Shown here piece by piece: positions 17,377-26,444 of a DNA stretch of 52,290 nucleotides. The translations under genes were made by a program, and so were the position numbers. The notes beneath the pieces were generated by a model. It saw only the letters and a list, made by a program, of their open reading frames with translations. It did no database searches and was not told where the DNA came from. This stretch comes from Chthonomonadaceae bacterium (GTDB lineage Bacteria; Armatimonadota; Chthonomonadetes; Chthonomonadales; Chthonomonadaceae), in contig DASRGZ010000188.1 of NCBI GenBank assembly GCA_035650735.1, forward strand, positions 1-52,290. The letters run 5' to 3'. Position 1 is the first letter of the stretch; each line of letters begins with the position of its first letter.

Positions 17377-17643
17377 TCACCATTGGACAAGAAGAGTCGC
17401 GTCCGCATCCTCCCTGATGCCCAAGACCGTCGCCGACCTCCGGCTCCAGGAAAATGCCACCCGCTCGTAGAGGGCCACACGGCCATTGAGGCTGGCCGGC
17501 AGATAGTCAGCTTGCTCCAGGCGAACCTCACGCTCGGTGCCTAGCTGCCGATACCGGCCCGGCTCAACCCTCTGCCCCCCCAGCAACAACATTCCGGTCC
17601 AGGGCTGGCTTTGGCTCCTGACTTGCTCTTGTCCCTTACTCAT
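17377..17643 (-). CDS. Small hypothetical protein
   Basis: AGGAG RBS; in line with flanking genes; core GQRVEPGRYRQL...LPASLNGRVALY. Confidence 0.6.
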   Translation of the reverse strand: MSKGQEQVRSQSQPWTGMLLLGGQRVEPGRYRQLGTEREVRLEQADYLPASLNGRVALYERVAFSWSRRSATVLGIREDADATLLVQW

Positions 17644-17689
17644 GGTTCTGGTCTCCTGTCCTTGAGTTAGCTACTTGGCCGCCTTTCAC

Positions 17690-17998
17690 TCAATCTTGGC
17701 CCTGTGCCCCAGGACGCAGGGTGGACGCAATTTCTTCGAGCTTGTTGGCTGGGCGACCCTCGCCGGAAGGCCATTCCGTCAGAGACATGCCGGAAAGCGC
17801 TATGAGGTGTTGGTGGGCACAGTACGGGCAGAAGTGACGTCCTCCTCCCTGGCTCAGAACAAACAGCCAGCCTTCTACTGCCTGCCCGGCACTCTGCCCT
17901 GATAGGAGGCGGGAGCGCAGGGCGACGGGAATAGCCGCCGTGGCGGTGCATCCCGGTCCATCGCAGGCTATCTTTTTGCCGTCCTGTCGTAAGCTCAT
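17690..17998 (-). CDS. Small putative Zn/Fe-binding protein
   Basis: GGAGG RBS; CDGPGC...GW...HFCPYC; first gene after box e. Confidence 0.65.
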   Translation of the reverse strand: MSLRQDGKKIACDGPGCTATAAIPVALRSRLLSGQSAGQAVEGWLFVLSQGGGRHFCPYCAHQHLIALSGMSLTEWPSGEGRPANKLEEIASTLRPGAQGQD

Positions 17999-18033
17999 CG
18001 GCCTCCCGAGCCTCCTTTTCAGATTGCTGTGCT

Positions 18034-18082
18034 ATTATAAGCCGCTTCTCAAAGGATAGCATCCCCGAAATGGCGGATTGTG
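18034..18082 (-). promoter_or_regulatory. Regulon box e plus -10 element
   Basis: Minus strand CACAATCCGCCATTTCGGGGATG (18082-18060); perfect TATAAT starts at 18039, 39 nt from the ATC start. Confidence 0.8.
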
Positions 18083-18122
18083 ATGGCGAAAAATGCAAAC
18101 GGCGGCGCGGCGCTTTCCCGCT

Positions 18123-18172
18123 CACAATCCGCCATTTAGAGGATGTTTCCCGTGCGGCTCCCCCGCCATAAT
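18123..18172 (+). promoter_or_regulatory. Regulon box f plus -10 element
   Basis: CACAATCCGCCATTTAGAGGATG; CATAAT at 18167, 40 nt from the ATC start. Confidence 0.75.
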
Positions 18173-18332
18173 AGTTGGGCAAGGAAGAGCCAGTGCGGCT
18201 GTTTGGATCCTCTGTCCCGAAAAGGGATACCGATTAAGAAGAGGGGTAGCGCCCTGCTCAACCATGATTTAGGATTGAGCGTTCAAGAGGGTATCACCAT
18301 TTCCTGTGGGGCTACCAGAAGAGGGTGAATCG

Positions 18333-18953
18333 TTGGAGAATGTGTTTATCATAGACCCGGCCCGGTGTATCGGCTGTCAGGCGTGCGTGCAGGCGTGCGC
18401 GGAGTGCGGCACGCACCGGGGCACTTCCATGATCCATCTGGAGTACATCAACCGCACGGAGACGGTTCAGACGACGCCGCAGGTCTGCATGCATTGCGAG
18501 AACCCGACCTGCGCCCAAGTCTGCCCGGCGGACGCTATCAAGCAGACCCCGGATGGCGTCGTGCAATCGTCCCTGAAGCCCCGCTGCATCGGCTGCCAGA
18601 ACTGCGTGCTGGCCTGCCCGTTCGGCGTGCCCAAATACATGACGGAAGCCGACCAGATGATGAAGTGCGATATGTGCTACGACCGCACCTCCGTCGGCAA
18701 ACGGCCCATGTGCGCGACCGTCTGCCCATCCGAGGCGCTCTACTTCGGTCCGCTGGAGGAGTGGCAGAAGCGGCGGCGCGGCACGCCGGTGAATACCTTT
18801 CAGTTTGGCAAGCAAACGGTTAAGACGAAGGTGTACATGGTGATGCCGGAAAAGGCCGAGAGGCCGGAGGATGGGCATCGCAACGGAGAATTGAGGGTGG
18901 ATGTTCGGCTGGGAGATATTACCTGCCGGACGCGAGAGGAAGCGAAACGATGA
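18333..18953 (+). CDS. Four-cluster Fe-S subunit (DmsB/NrfC-like)
   Basis: [41 protein letters not shown]...CATVCP. Start uncertain (TTG 18333 or GTG 18306). Confidence 0.9.
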   Translation: MENVFIIDPARCIGCQACVQACAECGTHRGTSMIHLEYINRTETVQTTPQVCMHCENPTCAQVCPADAIKQTPDGVVQSSLKPRCIGCQNCVLACPFGVPKYMTEADQMMKCDMCYDRTSVGKRPMCATVCPSEALYFGPLEEWQKRRRGTPVNTFQFGKQTVKTKVYMVMPEKAERPEDGHRNGELRVDVRLGDITCRTREEAKR

Positions 18954-19444
18954 GCGGCGAGACAACGCCCAAGTGGCGAAAAGATTTTCCTATCGAGTGG
19001 GGCGCGGATAACTACGTCACCCGGCGCGAGTTCACTAAGTTTCTGGTTCTGATTTCGGGCGCTACCTTTGTCGGCAACGGCTACTTCGTGCTGCAAAAAT
19101 ATCGCGAGCAACGCGAGCCGTTTCCTTCGCTGGAAGTCGCCGCCGTGGACGCGATCCAGCCGGGGCAGGTCAAGCTATTCCGCTATCCGACCGAGGACGA
19201 CCCGGCGATGCTCATCCGGCTTGCCAGCGGCGAATTCGTCGCCTATAAGCAGCGCTGCACGCATCTAAGCTGCCCGGTGCACTACGCCGCTCAGCGCAAT
19301 CGGCTGGAGTGCCCGTGCCACAACGGCGCTTTTGATGCAGCGACCGGCGCGGTGCTGCAAGGCCCGCCGCCCCGCCCGCTGCCTAAAATCACGCTGCGCA
19401 TCGCGAACGGCAAAATCTACGCGGAGGGGGTACAGGGATCATGA
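18950..19444 (+). CDS. Rieske [2Fe-2S] protein with Tat-like anchor
   Basis: TRREF plus hydrophobic helix; CTHLSC...CPCH; GPPPRPL. Confidence 0.92.
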   Translation: MSGETTPKWRKDFPIEWGADNYVTRREFTKFLVLISGATFVGNGYFVLQKYREQREPFPSLEVAAVDAIQPGQVKLFRYPTEDDPAMLIRLASGEFVAYKQRCTHLSCPVHYAAQRNRLECPCHNGAFDAATGAVLQGPPPRPLPKITLRIANGKIYAEGVQGS

Positions 19445-19683
19445 TTTTTCGCGACCCGCGCCTGTCGAAGCTGGAGCAGCGCTCGCAAGGCATTCTGACC
19501 CTGATGATCCTGATCATGGTCATCCTGCTGGTGCAGCTCTGGCTGATCACCATTGCGTTGGAAGAGTATCTGGCGGCGCATACCGCGCTGGCGATCCCGA
19601 CTTTTATCGCCTCCGGCTTCTGCTTCCTGCTCAATCTCTGGCTGCTCAAGTATCTCTATGCCCTGGATCGCAATGACCAGTAA
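19441..19683 (+). CDS. Two-TM small membrane protein (DUF6755-like)
   Basis: ATGA overlap with the Rieske gene; LLVQLWLITIALEEYL. Confidence 0.75.
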   Translation: MIFRDPRLSKLEQRSQGILTLMILIMVILLVQLWLITIALEEYLAAHTALAIPTFIASGFCFLLNLWLLKYLYALDRNDQ

Positions 19684-19695
19684 GGGGAGCGTGAT

Positions 19696-20790
19696 ATGGC
19701 TATCCTGACACGTGGTCTGGCAGAGCGGATCGAGCGCGCGAACGCGGGGATGTATCCCGGCTATTTCGCCCTGGTGATGGCGACGGGCATCGTCTCGACC
19801 GCGCTCTTTCTGGAGGGAGTCAGAGTCGTCTCCCAACTGCTGCTCTGGATCAATCTGGCGGCCTACCCCGTGTTGATCGCAGCAACGGCGCGGCGCGGCG
19901 TGCGCTATGGAGCCAAGCTTTGGGCCGATCTGAGCAACCCACAGACGGTATTCACCTTCTTTACCTTCGTGGCTGCCAGCGATGTGCTGGGCGTCCAGCT
20001 CTTTCTGCGCGGTTATCGAGCGCCTGCGCTGGGCCTCTGGCTCGTCGCGCTCATCGCCTGGCTGTTCCTGGGCTACTTTAGCTTTGGCGTGCTGGTGTTT
20101 ACCAATACACGCTCGGCGACCGAAGTCCTCAACGCAAGCTGGCTGATCGCCGTGGTCGGCACGCAATCCATCGCCGTCCTCGGCGCGCTCCTAGCCCCGG
20201 ATTTCGGCCCCTACGCGCAGCCGGTTTTCATGGCGGTGTACGGCCTCTGGGGAATCGGCATCGCGCTCTACGGTATCTTCATCACGCTCATTGCCTACCG
20301 GCTCTTCTTTGCGCGCCTGGATCCGGGCGAGATGCTGCCGCCCTACTGGATCATCCTGGGAGCGACGGCGATCAGCGCCCTAGCTGGCACGAACCTCGTG
20401 GCTGCGGCCCCGCAGATGCCGTTCCTGGCCGCTACTCGCCCCTTACTGATGGGCGTAACCCTGCTACTGTGGGCCTGGAGCAGCTGGTGGATCCCGATGC
20501 TGGCGCTGTTTGGCCTGTGGCGGCATGGCGTGCATAAGGTGCCGCTCACCTACCACCCGGCGTACTGGAGCCTGGTCTTCCCATTAGGCATGTATACCGT
20601 CGCCACCTACCGGCTCGCCGCCGTGCTGCACCTGCCCGCGCTCAAGAGCATCCCTGCGGTCATGGTGTGGGTGGCTCTGCTCGCCTGGGGCCTCACCGCG
20701 CTCGGCCTGATTCGCTCGTTTGCGCGCGGCCTGGGCCAGGGAATGCAGATCGGCGGGTGCGCTCTTGTGACCGGCCAGACCAAAGGATGA
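19696..20790 (+). CDS. TDT/SLAC1 family anion transporter (tellurite-resistance/dicarboxylate)
   Basis: PGYFALVMATGIVS...PPYWIILGATAIS...YWSLVFPLGMY; about 10 TM helices. Confidence 0.9.
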   Translation: MAILTRGLAERIERANAGMYPGYFALVMATGIVSTALFLEGVRVVSQLLLWINLAAYPVLIAATARRGVRYGAKLWADLSNPQTVFTFFTFVAASDVLGVQLFLRGYRAPALGLWLVALIAWLFLGYFSFGVLVFTNTRSATEVLNASWLIAVVGTQSIAVLGALLAPDFGPYAQPVFMAVYGLWGIGIALYGIFITLIAYRLFFARLDPGEMLPPYWIILGATAISALAGTNLVAAAPQMPFLAATRPLLMGVTLLLWAWSSWWIPMLALFGLWRHGVHKVPLTYHPAYWSLVFPLGMYTVATYRLAAVLHLPALKSIPAVMVWVALLAWGLTALGLIRSFARGLGQGMQIGGCALVTGQTKG

Positions 20791-20798
20791 GATAGAAG

Positions 20799-21842
20799 AT
20801 GGGCAATCAACTGGACCGTAAAGCCATTGTGAATGGACTTATCGCTTCGCTGCTGCTGATAGTGGCGATCTACCTGGGATCGGGACGGCTCAAGCATTTC
20901 GACCCGGCGCTCATCGCCTATACCAGCGCCGTCGTGTTCGCCACCTTCGGGATCGTCTATCGCTACTCGGTCTGGCTGCAAAAGCCGCCGACGGGCCTCT
21001 ACTGGCGGCGCGGCTGGCAGTTGTTCCTGCGGCCTGCCCAATTGCCGCGCAACCTGGTCTGGCTGGCGGGGCTGCTATGGAGGAACATTATCCTCCAGAC
21101 GTTCATCGAGCGGCGCAGCCATCTGCGCTGGGCGGCCCACTTCCTGATGTCTTGGGGCTGCATCGTCGCCGTGCTGGTCACGTTCCCGCTGGTGTTCGGC
21201 TGGATCCATTTCGAGGCCGACCCGAACAATTCGGAGGCTTACCAGGCGTATCTGTTCGGCGTTCACGCGGGCACGTTTCCGGCAACCTCCATCGTGGGCT
21301 GGCTGACCTTCCACGTCCTGGACTTCTGCGCGGTGGCCGTCATCGTCGGCATGGCGCTGGCTTTCAAGCGCCGCATGTACGATAAGGGCGCGATGAGCCT
21401 ACAGCAGTTCTCGATGGACTTCCTGCCGCTGATTCTGCTGTTCGCGGTCTCCATCACCGGCCTGATGCTGACGGCTAGCGCCATGTGGATGCACGGCCAC
21501 TCCTATAGCTTCCTGGCGCTGCTGCACGCCTTCAGCGTGATCGTGACGCTGCTCTACCTGCCGTTCGGCAAGTTCTTCCATATCTTCCAGCGGCCCGCCA
21601 ACTTGGGCGTGCAATACTACAAGCGCGAGGGCGCGGCAACCGAGTCGGCGCACTGCAAGCGGTGCGGCCAGACGTACGCCTCTCAGATGCATGTGGAGGA
21701 CTTGAAGACGATACTCGACCAACTGGGCCTGAACCAGCGCTTTGAAGATGGCACGCACTATCAGGAGATCTGTCCAAGCTGCCGCCGCCGCCTGCTCGCG
21801 CTCAACCAGTTGGAAGCCATCGGCGGACCCGGATTTTTATGA
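20799..21842 (+). CDS. NarI-like b-type cytochrome membrane subunit with C-terminal CxxC...CxxC
   Basis: RWAAHFLMSWG, LLHAFSV...LPFGKFFHIFQRP; CKRC...CPSC. Confidence 0.75.
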   Translation: MGNQLDRKAIVNGLIASLLLIVAIYLGSGRLKHFDPALIAYTSAVVFATFGIVYRYSVWLQKPPTGLYWRRGWQLFLRPAQLPRNLVWLAGLLWRNIILQTFIERRSHLRWAAHFLMSWGCIVAVLVTFPLVFGWIHFEADPNNSEAYQAYLFGVHAGTFPATSIVGWLTFHVLDFCAVAVIVGMALAFKRRMYDKGAMSLQQFSMDFLPLILLFAVSITGLMLTASAMWMHGHSYSFLALLHAFSVIVTLLYLPFGKFFHIFQRPANLGVQYYKREGAATESAHCKRCGQTYASQMHVEDLKTILDQLGLNQRFEDGTHYQEICPSCRRRLLALNQLEAIGGPGFL

Positions 21843-21907
21843 GACCTAACTCCCTGCCCCCCTTTCGAGGGAAGGGGTAACACAAATTGCCAGAGCGGAC
21901 ATATTGG

Positions 21908-23200
21908 ATGACATGCGCTTTCAAGCTTCGAGTGAGTTGGAAACTAGTCTCTGTGATTGGATTGTATTTGAGCACCGCGCAGGGGTTGGCGCAGACCACC
22001 GCGCCGGCGCCCTCCCGATTCGGGCTGAGCCTGGAGCCGGAGGAGCGGTTGCGCTACGAAACGCGAAGCCGACCGAACTATACCGTGCCCGGCGCTAGCG
22101 ACCCGCAGGCGGAACTGAGCCGTCTGCGCCTGGGATTGCGCTGGAAGGATAGAGCCGGCTGGAGCGCTTTCCTCCAGCCGCAGTATTCCTACTCCCATAC
22201 GCACGGCGTTGCCGGTTCAACCGGAACGACGCACGACCTGGAATTTCATCAGGGCTATCTGGACATCCAGAGAAAAAACAGCCGATGGCGGCTGGGGCGT
22301 CAGGACCTGATTTACGGCGACTCGCGGCTGCTCGGCAACGCCGACTGGAATAATTTGGGCCGCTCCTGGGATGCGGCCAAGCTGACCCTGACCGATAGCC
22401 GCGCCACAACCGACCTGTTTCTTGGCAAGCTGGGGCAGTCGCCCAGCAAGACTTCGGAGCCGGTGCTGGCCGGTATCTACTCGAAGCGGACGCTGAGTAA
22501 GGCTCATGCGGCAGACTTCTACTTGCTCTACAAGAGCGACCGCGTGAGCGGCGTAACGCAGGATGTCTGGACGCTGGGCACGCGGCCTCATTTCGTCTTT
22601 GAGCAGGGCTGGGATGCGACGGTGGAAGCCGCCTATCAACTTGGGCGCAATGGCGTGCGTCCCATCTCCGCATGGGCGACGGCAGCCGTCGTCGGCTACG
22701 CGTTTCCTGGTCCATCTCAGTTACGGTGTGGTCTGGAGTACGACTATGCCAGCGGCGGCAATCCCACCGGCGCGGGAGGCTTTCATACTTTCGACCAGCT
22801 CTACCCGACCAACCACGCCCACTATGGCTTGCTAGACTACGTTGGCTGGCGGAATATGCAGGAGGTGCGGCTCTCGGCGCGCGTCAAGCCGGGGGCGCGC
22901 TGGCTGGTCACGTTAGACGGCCACTTTTTTACCCTGGCGGATGCCCGCGATTTCTGGTACGCCGATAACGGCAGGCCCGTCGTGGGCACCGACGGCAAGC
23001 CGCTGCGCGATCCGACCGGCGCGGCAGGGCGTGACCTGGGAACGGAGTTCGATGCCGTCGTCAGCTACACGCTCAGTAAAAGCGCCAACCTGTCCGTAGG
23101 CTATGCGCGCTTCCTGCCGGGGGATTTTGTCCGCCGCACCAACGGCGGTCGTGCCGACGATAGCGACTGGTTCTATGCGCAGGCGTATTATACGTATTAA
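21908..23200 (+). CDS. Alginate-export (AlgE-like) outer-membrane porin
   Basis: ERLRYE, LGRQDLIYGDSRLLG..DWNN.GRSWDA, TFDQLYPTNH, terminal aromatic YYTY; start uncertain. Confidence 0.85.
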   Translation: MTCAFKLRVSWKLVSVIGLYLSTAQGLAQTTAPAPSRFGLSLEPEERLRYETRSRPNYTVPGASDPQAELSRLRLGLRWKDRAGWSAFLQPQYSYSHTHGVAGSTGTTHDLEFHQGYLDIQRKNSRWRLGRQDLIYGDSRLLGNADWNNLGRSWDAAKLTLTDSRATTDLFLGKLGQSPSKTSEPVLAGIYSKRTLSKAHAADFYLLYKSDRVSGVTQDVWTLGTRPHFVFEQGWDATVEAAYQLGRNGVRPISAWATAAVVGYAFPGPSQLRCGLEYDYASGGNPTGAGGFHTFDQLYPTNHAHYGLLDYVGWRNMQEVRLSARVKPGARWLVTLDGHFFTLADARDFWYADNGRPVVGTDGKPLRDPTGAAGRDLGTEFDAVVSYTLSKSANLSVGYARFLPGDFVRRTNGGRADDSDWFYAQAYYTY

Positions 23201-23302
23201 CCCAAGTTGCTACCTAGGAACACGTTTGAGAGAGAATCGCTCTGGAAACCGGCTTTTGCATCACCGTTTGCCTTCTCGAAGAGGCAAGGTAGCAACTTGA
23301 GT
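23200..23302 (+). mobile_element. 103-bp MITE (IS982-like ends), copy 2
   Basis: TIR ACCCAAGTTGCTACCT; direct repeat TATTA on both sides; inserted at the porin stop codon. Confidence 0.85.
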
Positions 23303-23315
23303 TATTAAGGAAACT

Positions 23316-23480
23316 TGGCTCTGCCCGGCCCTAAAGGACCGGGCTGTAGGCGGCAAGCCCGCGAAAGCGGGCTACCAGAGGTGGGTTAGCCCCTGTGCCC
23401 TTGATAGGATCCAACCCACCCTACGTAGCCCCGGATACGGGGCTTGCCGTCCGCAGTCCACCCCTTTAGGGGTGGCTGCC
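23316..23480 (+). repeat. REP/REPIN-like composite palindrome, copy 1
   Basis: GCCCGGCCCTAAAGGACCGGGC...AGCCCGCGAAAGCGGGCT...CCACCCCTTTAGGGGTGG; similar to the reverse complement of 47050-47175. Confidence 0.75.
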
Positions 23481-23537
23481 TCTCGAAGGCTCCCTCTTAA
23501 GCCTCGACTTAGGGGAACGCTATCAGGAAGGGAAATC

Positions 23538-25703
23538 ATGGCAAAACTACCGCTGCCTGTTGAAGAGATTATTAAAGAATACGGCCCGCATGCGCACTAT
23601 ACGCCGCCCGGAGGCTGGCAGTATCAGGGCGAGCCGGATAAGCTGGTTGCCACGCACTGCTGCTTCTGCGGACAGCAGTGCGGAATCAACCTCAAGGTCA
23701 AGGATAACAAGGTCATCGGGTTTGAGCCGCGCGAGGACTTTCCATTCAATCGGGGCAAGCTCTGCCCCAAGGGCGTCAAGCGCTACATGCAAAACGAGCA
23801 TCCTGACCGCCTGCTGCATCCGCTCAAGCGCACGGACAGGGGCTTTGTCCGCATTAGTTGGGACGAGGCGCTGGATACGACGGTCGCCGAGATCCGGCGT
23901 ATCCAGCAGCAGTACGGCAAGGATGCCTTCGCCATGCTCTCCGGCGTGTCGCTCTCCAACGAGAAATCCTATCTGGTGGGCAAATTTGCGCGCGTGGCCT
24001 TGCAGACGAAAAACCTGGACTACAACGGGCGGCTCTGCATGGTCTCGGCGGGGGCGGGCAACAAAAAGGCATTCGGCATTGACCGCGCGGCCAACTATTG
24101 GGACGATATTCCTCTCGCCGACGTGATCTTGGTGACCGGGGCCAACGTGGCCGAGTGCGCCCCGATCACGACCGATTATATCTGGCGGGCGCGCGACCGG
24201 GGCGCGAAACTGATCATGATTGACCCACGCGTAACCCCGCTGGCCCGCACCGCCGACCTGCATCTTCCGGTACGTCCCGGCGGCGACTCGGCCCTGATGA
24301 ACGGCATTCTGCACGTTGTCATCGCGCGGGGCTGGGTAGACCAGGAGTTCATTGACAACTACACGACCGGCTTTGAGGCGGTCAAGGAGACGGTGGCGAA
24401 GTACACGCCGGAGGTCGCGGGGCAGCTCTCGGGCGTGGACCCCGCGCTCATTGTAAAGGCCGCCGAGATGTGGGGGCCGGCAAAGACCAGCTTCCTGCTC
24501 CATGCGCGCGGCATCGAACACCATACGAAGGGCGTGGAAAATGTCCTCTCCTGCATTAACCTGGTGCTGGCGACTGGACGCATCGGGCGGCCCGGCTGCG
24601 GCTATGGAACGATTACCGGCCAGGGCAACGGTCAGGGCGGGCGCGAGCACGGCCACAAGTGCGATCAGCTTCCCGGCAACCGCGACATCGAGAACCCGGA
24701 GCATCGCAAGTATATCGCCGAGGTTTGGGGCATCGCCGAGTCGGAGTTGCCGGGCAAGGGCAACACCGCCGAAGAGATCATCCAGTTGATGCACTCCGGC
24801 GAGATCAAGGGCCTGCTCTCCATCTGCTTCAACCCGGTCGTCTCCCTGCCGGACGCCAGCTTCACCAAAGAGGCGTTCAACCGTGTCGAGCACTACACGG
24901 TGATTGACTTCTTTATGAGCGAGACGGCCCGCCACGCCGATATTATCCTGCCAGGTTCGCTGCATGAGGAAGACGAGGGAACTTCGACCAGCGCGGAGGG
25001 GCGCGTCATCCGCATTCGCAAGGCGGTAGACCCGCCCGGCGAGGCGCGGGTAGATTGGCATATCCTGCTGGACTTGGCCAGGCGTTTAGGACGTGGGGCG
25101 TACTTCCCGTATACGTGCGCGGAGGACATCTTCAACGACCTGCGCGTGGCCTCGAAGGGCGGCACGGCGGACTACTACGGCATCACTTACGAGAAGATTG
25201 AGCAGAACTACGGCGTCTTCTGGCCCTGTCCGAGCCTGGATCATCCTGGCACGCCGCGCCTGTTCGAGGATAAGCAGTTCTATACGCCGGACAAGAAGGC
25301 GCACTTCAACGTCGTCGAATATCGCCCGCCCGCCGAAGTGCCGGATGAGGAATATCCCATCGTCCTGACAACCGGGCGCGTGGTGAGCCAGTATCTGAGC
25401 GGCACGCAGACCCGCCGTATCGGCGGTCTGGTGGATCAGTACCCGGAGCCGTTGGTGGAGATGCATCCTACGCTGGCGGCGAAGCTAGGGGTAAGAACTG
25501 GCGACCGCGTTACGGTGGAGACGCGCCGGGGGCAGGTGACGCTCAAGGCCAACGTCGTGACGACCATTCGCGAGGATACGATCTTCATCCCCTACCACTG
25601 GGCGGATGACAAGTCGGCCAACCTGCTCACCATCCGCGCGCTCGATCCGGTCTCGAAGATTCCAGAGTATAAGACCTGCGCGTGCCGGGTCCACAAGGCG
25701 TAG
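23538..25703 (+). CDS. Molybdopterin (bis-MGD) oxidoreductase catalytic subunit, NasA/NasC/NarB nitrate-reductase-like
   Basis: HCCFCGQQC...LCPKG [4Fe-4S] motif; DYNGRLCM (Cys ligand); [27 protein letters not shown]; no signal peptide. Confidence 0.85.
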   Translation: MAKLPLPVEEIIKEYGPHAHYTPPGGWQYQGEPDKLVATHCCFCGQQCGINLKVKDNKVIGFEPREDFPFNRGKLCPKGVKRYMQNEHPDRLLHPLKRTDRGFVRISWDEALDTTVAEIRRIQQQYGKDAFAMLSGVSLSNEKSYLVGKFARVALQTKNLDYNGRLCMVSAGAGNKKAFGIDRAANYWDDIPLADVILVTGANVAECAPITTDYIWRARDRGAKLIMIDPRVTPLARTADLHLPVRPGGDSALMNGILHVVIARGWVDQEFIDNYTTGFEAVKETVAKYTPEVAGQLSGVDPALIVKAAEMWGPAKTSFLLHARGIEHHTKGVENVLSCINLVLATGRIGRPGCGYGTITGQGNGQGGREHGHKCDQLPGNRDIENPEHRKYIAEVWGIAESELPGKGNTAEEIIQLMHSGEIKGLLSICFNPVVSLPDASFTKEAFNRVEHYTVIDFFMSETARHADIILPGSLHEEDEGTSTSAEGRVIRIRKAVDPPGEARVDWHILLDLARRLGRGAYFPYTCAEDIFNDLRVASKGGTADYYGITYEKIEQNYGVFWPCPSLDHPGTPRLFEDKQFYTPDKKAHFNVVEYRPPAEVPDEEYPIVLTTGRVVSQYLSGTQTRRIGGLVDQYPEPLVEMHPTLAAKLGVRTGDRVTVETRRGQVTLKANVVTTIREDTIFIPYHWADDKSANLLTIRALDPVSKIPEYKTCACRVHKA

Positions 25704-25760
25704 AGAAGGGGAGGGGCCAGGCTTCTAGGGTTCCTGATTCTGGCCCTTAACCCTTAGAGC

Positions 25761-26444
25761 CTAATTCGAGGTCGGCCCCAGGCCATGACGCGCCGCCCAC
25801 ACGGCCGCCTGCACCCGGTCCGAGACGCCCAACTTGCCCAGGATATGCTCGACATGGGTCTTGACCGTACTCTCGGCGATAAAGAGCACCGAGGCGATGT
25901 CCCGGTTGTTCAATCCGGTCGCCAGCAGACGCAGCACCTCGGCTTCTCGCTCCGTCAGCGGCTCGATCAGGTCCTCAGAACCCGCCGCCTGCTCGCTTAG
26001 GCCTCGCAGGGAGCGCACCAGGTCCTGGGCATTCAGCAGCATCTCGCCATTGGCGACGGCGCGCAGCGCCTCCAGAAGCTCCTCCAGCCCGACGCCTTTG
26101 AGCAAATAGCCCGCTGCCCCGCCGGCCACCGCCCGGGCCATGAAGGTAGGGTTATCGTAGGTGGTCAGCATAATGACCGCTATATCGGGGTGCTTTTGCT
26201 TGAGCGCTTGCAGGGTATCCAATCCATCGCTGCCAGCCATGCGAATGTCCAGCAGCACCAGTTGGGGGTGCAATGTATCCACCAGCTCCAGCGCTTCCTT
26301 GCCCGAGGAGGCTTCACCGACGACCTGGAACTCTGTATCCTCCAGCATGCTGCGCACCCCGCCCCGCCAGATGGCGTGATCATCTACCAGCAGCACGGTG
26401 ATGGGGCGGGCCTGCGCCCCGGCGGCAGAGGTTGGCTCGCTCAT
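25761..26444 (-). CDS. NarL/DosR-family response regulator
   Basis: LLVDDH, LLDIRM, LTTY, LLK; LuxR HTH LTEREAEVL...STVKTHVEHILGKL. Confidence 0.95.
   Translation of the reverse strand: MSEPTSAAGAQARPITVLLVDDHAIWRGGVRSMLEDTEFQVVGEASSGKEALELVDTLHPQLVLLDIRMAGSDGLDTLQALKQKHPDIAVIMLTTYDNPTFMARAVAGGAAGYLLKGVGLEELLEALRAVANGEMLLNAQDLVRSLRGLSEQAAGSEDLIEPLTEREAEVLRLLATGLNNRDIASVLFIAESTVKTHVEHILGKLGVSDRVQAAVWAARHGLGPTSN

Noticed and set aside
9939..23302. Composite transposon or inversion bounded by the two inverted MITEs
   Set aside because: Each copy has its own matching target duplication (TAAGTA; TATTA), indicating independent insertions with no exchange of flanks.
23538..25703. Arsenite oxidase AioAB or selenocysteine formate dehydrogenase
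   Set aside because: The Mo subunit keeps a Cys ligand (RLCM) and a four-Cys cluster motif, unlike AioA; it lacks the FDH Cys/Sec-His pair and has no in-frame TGA.
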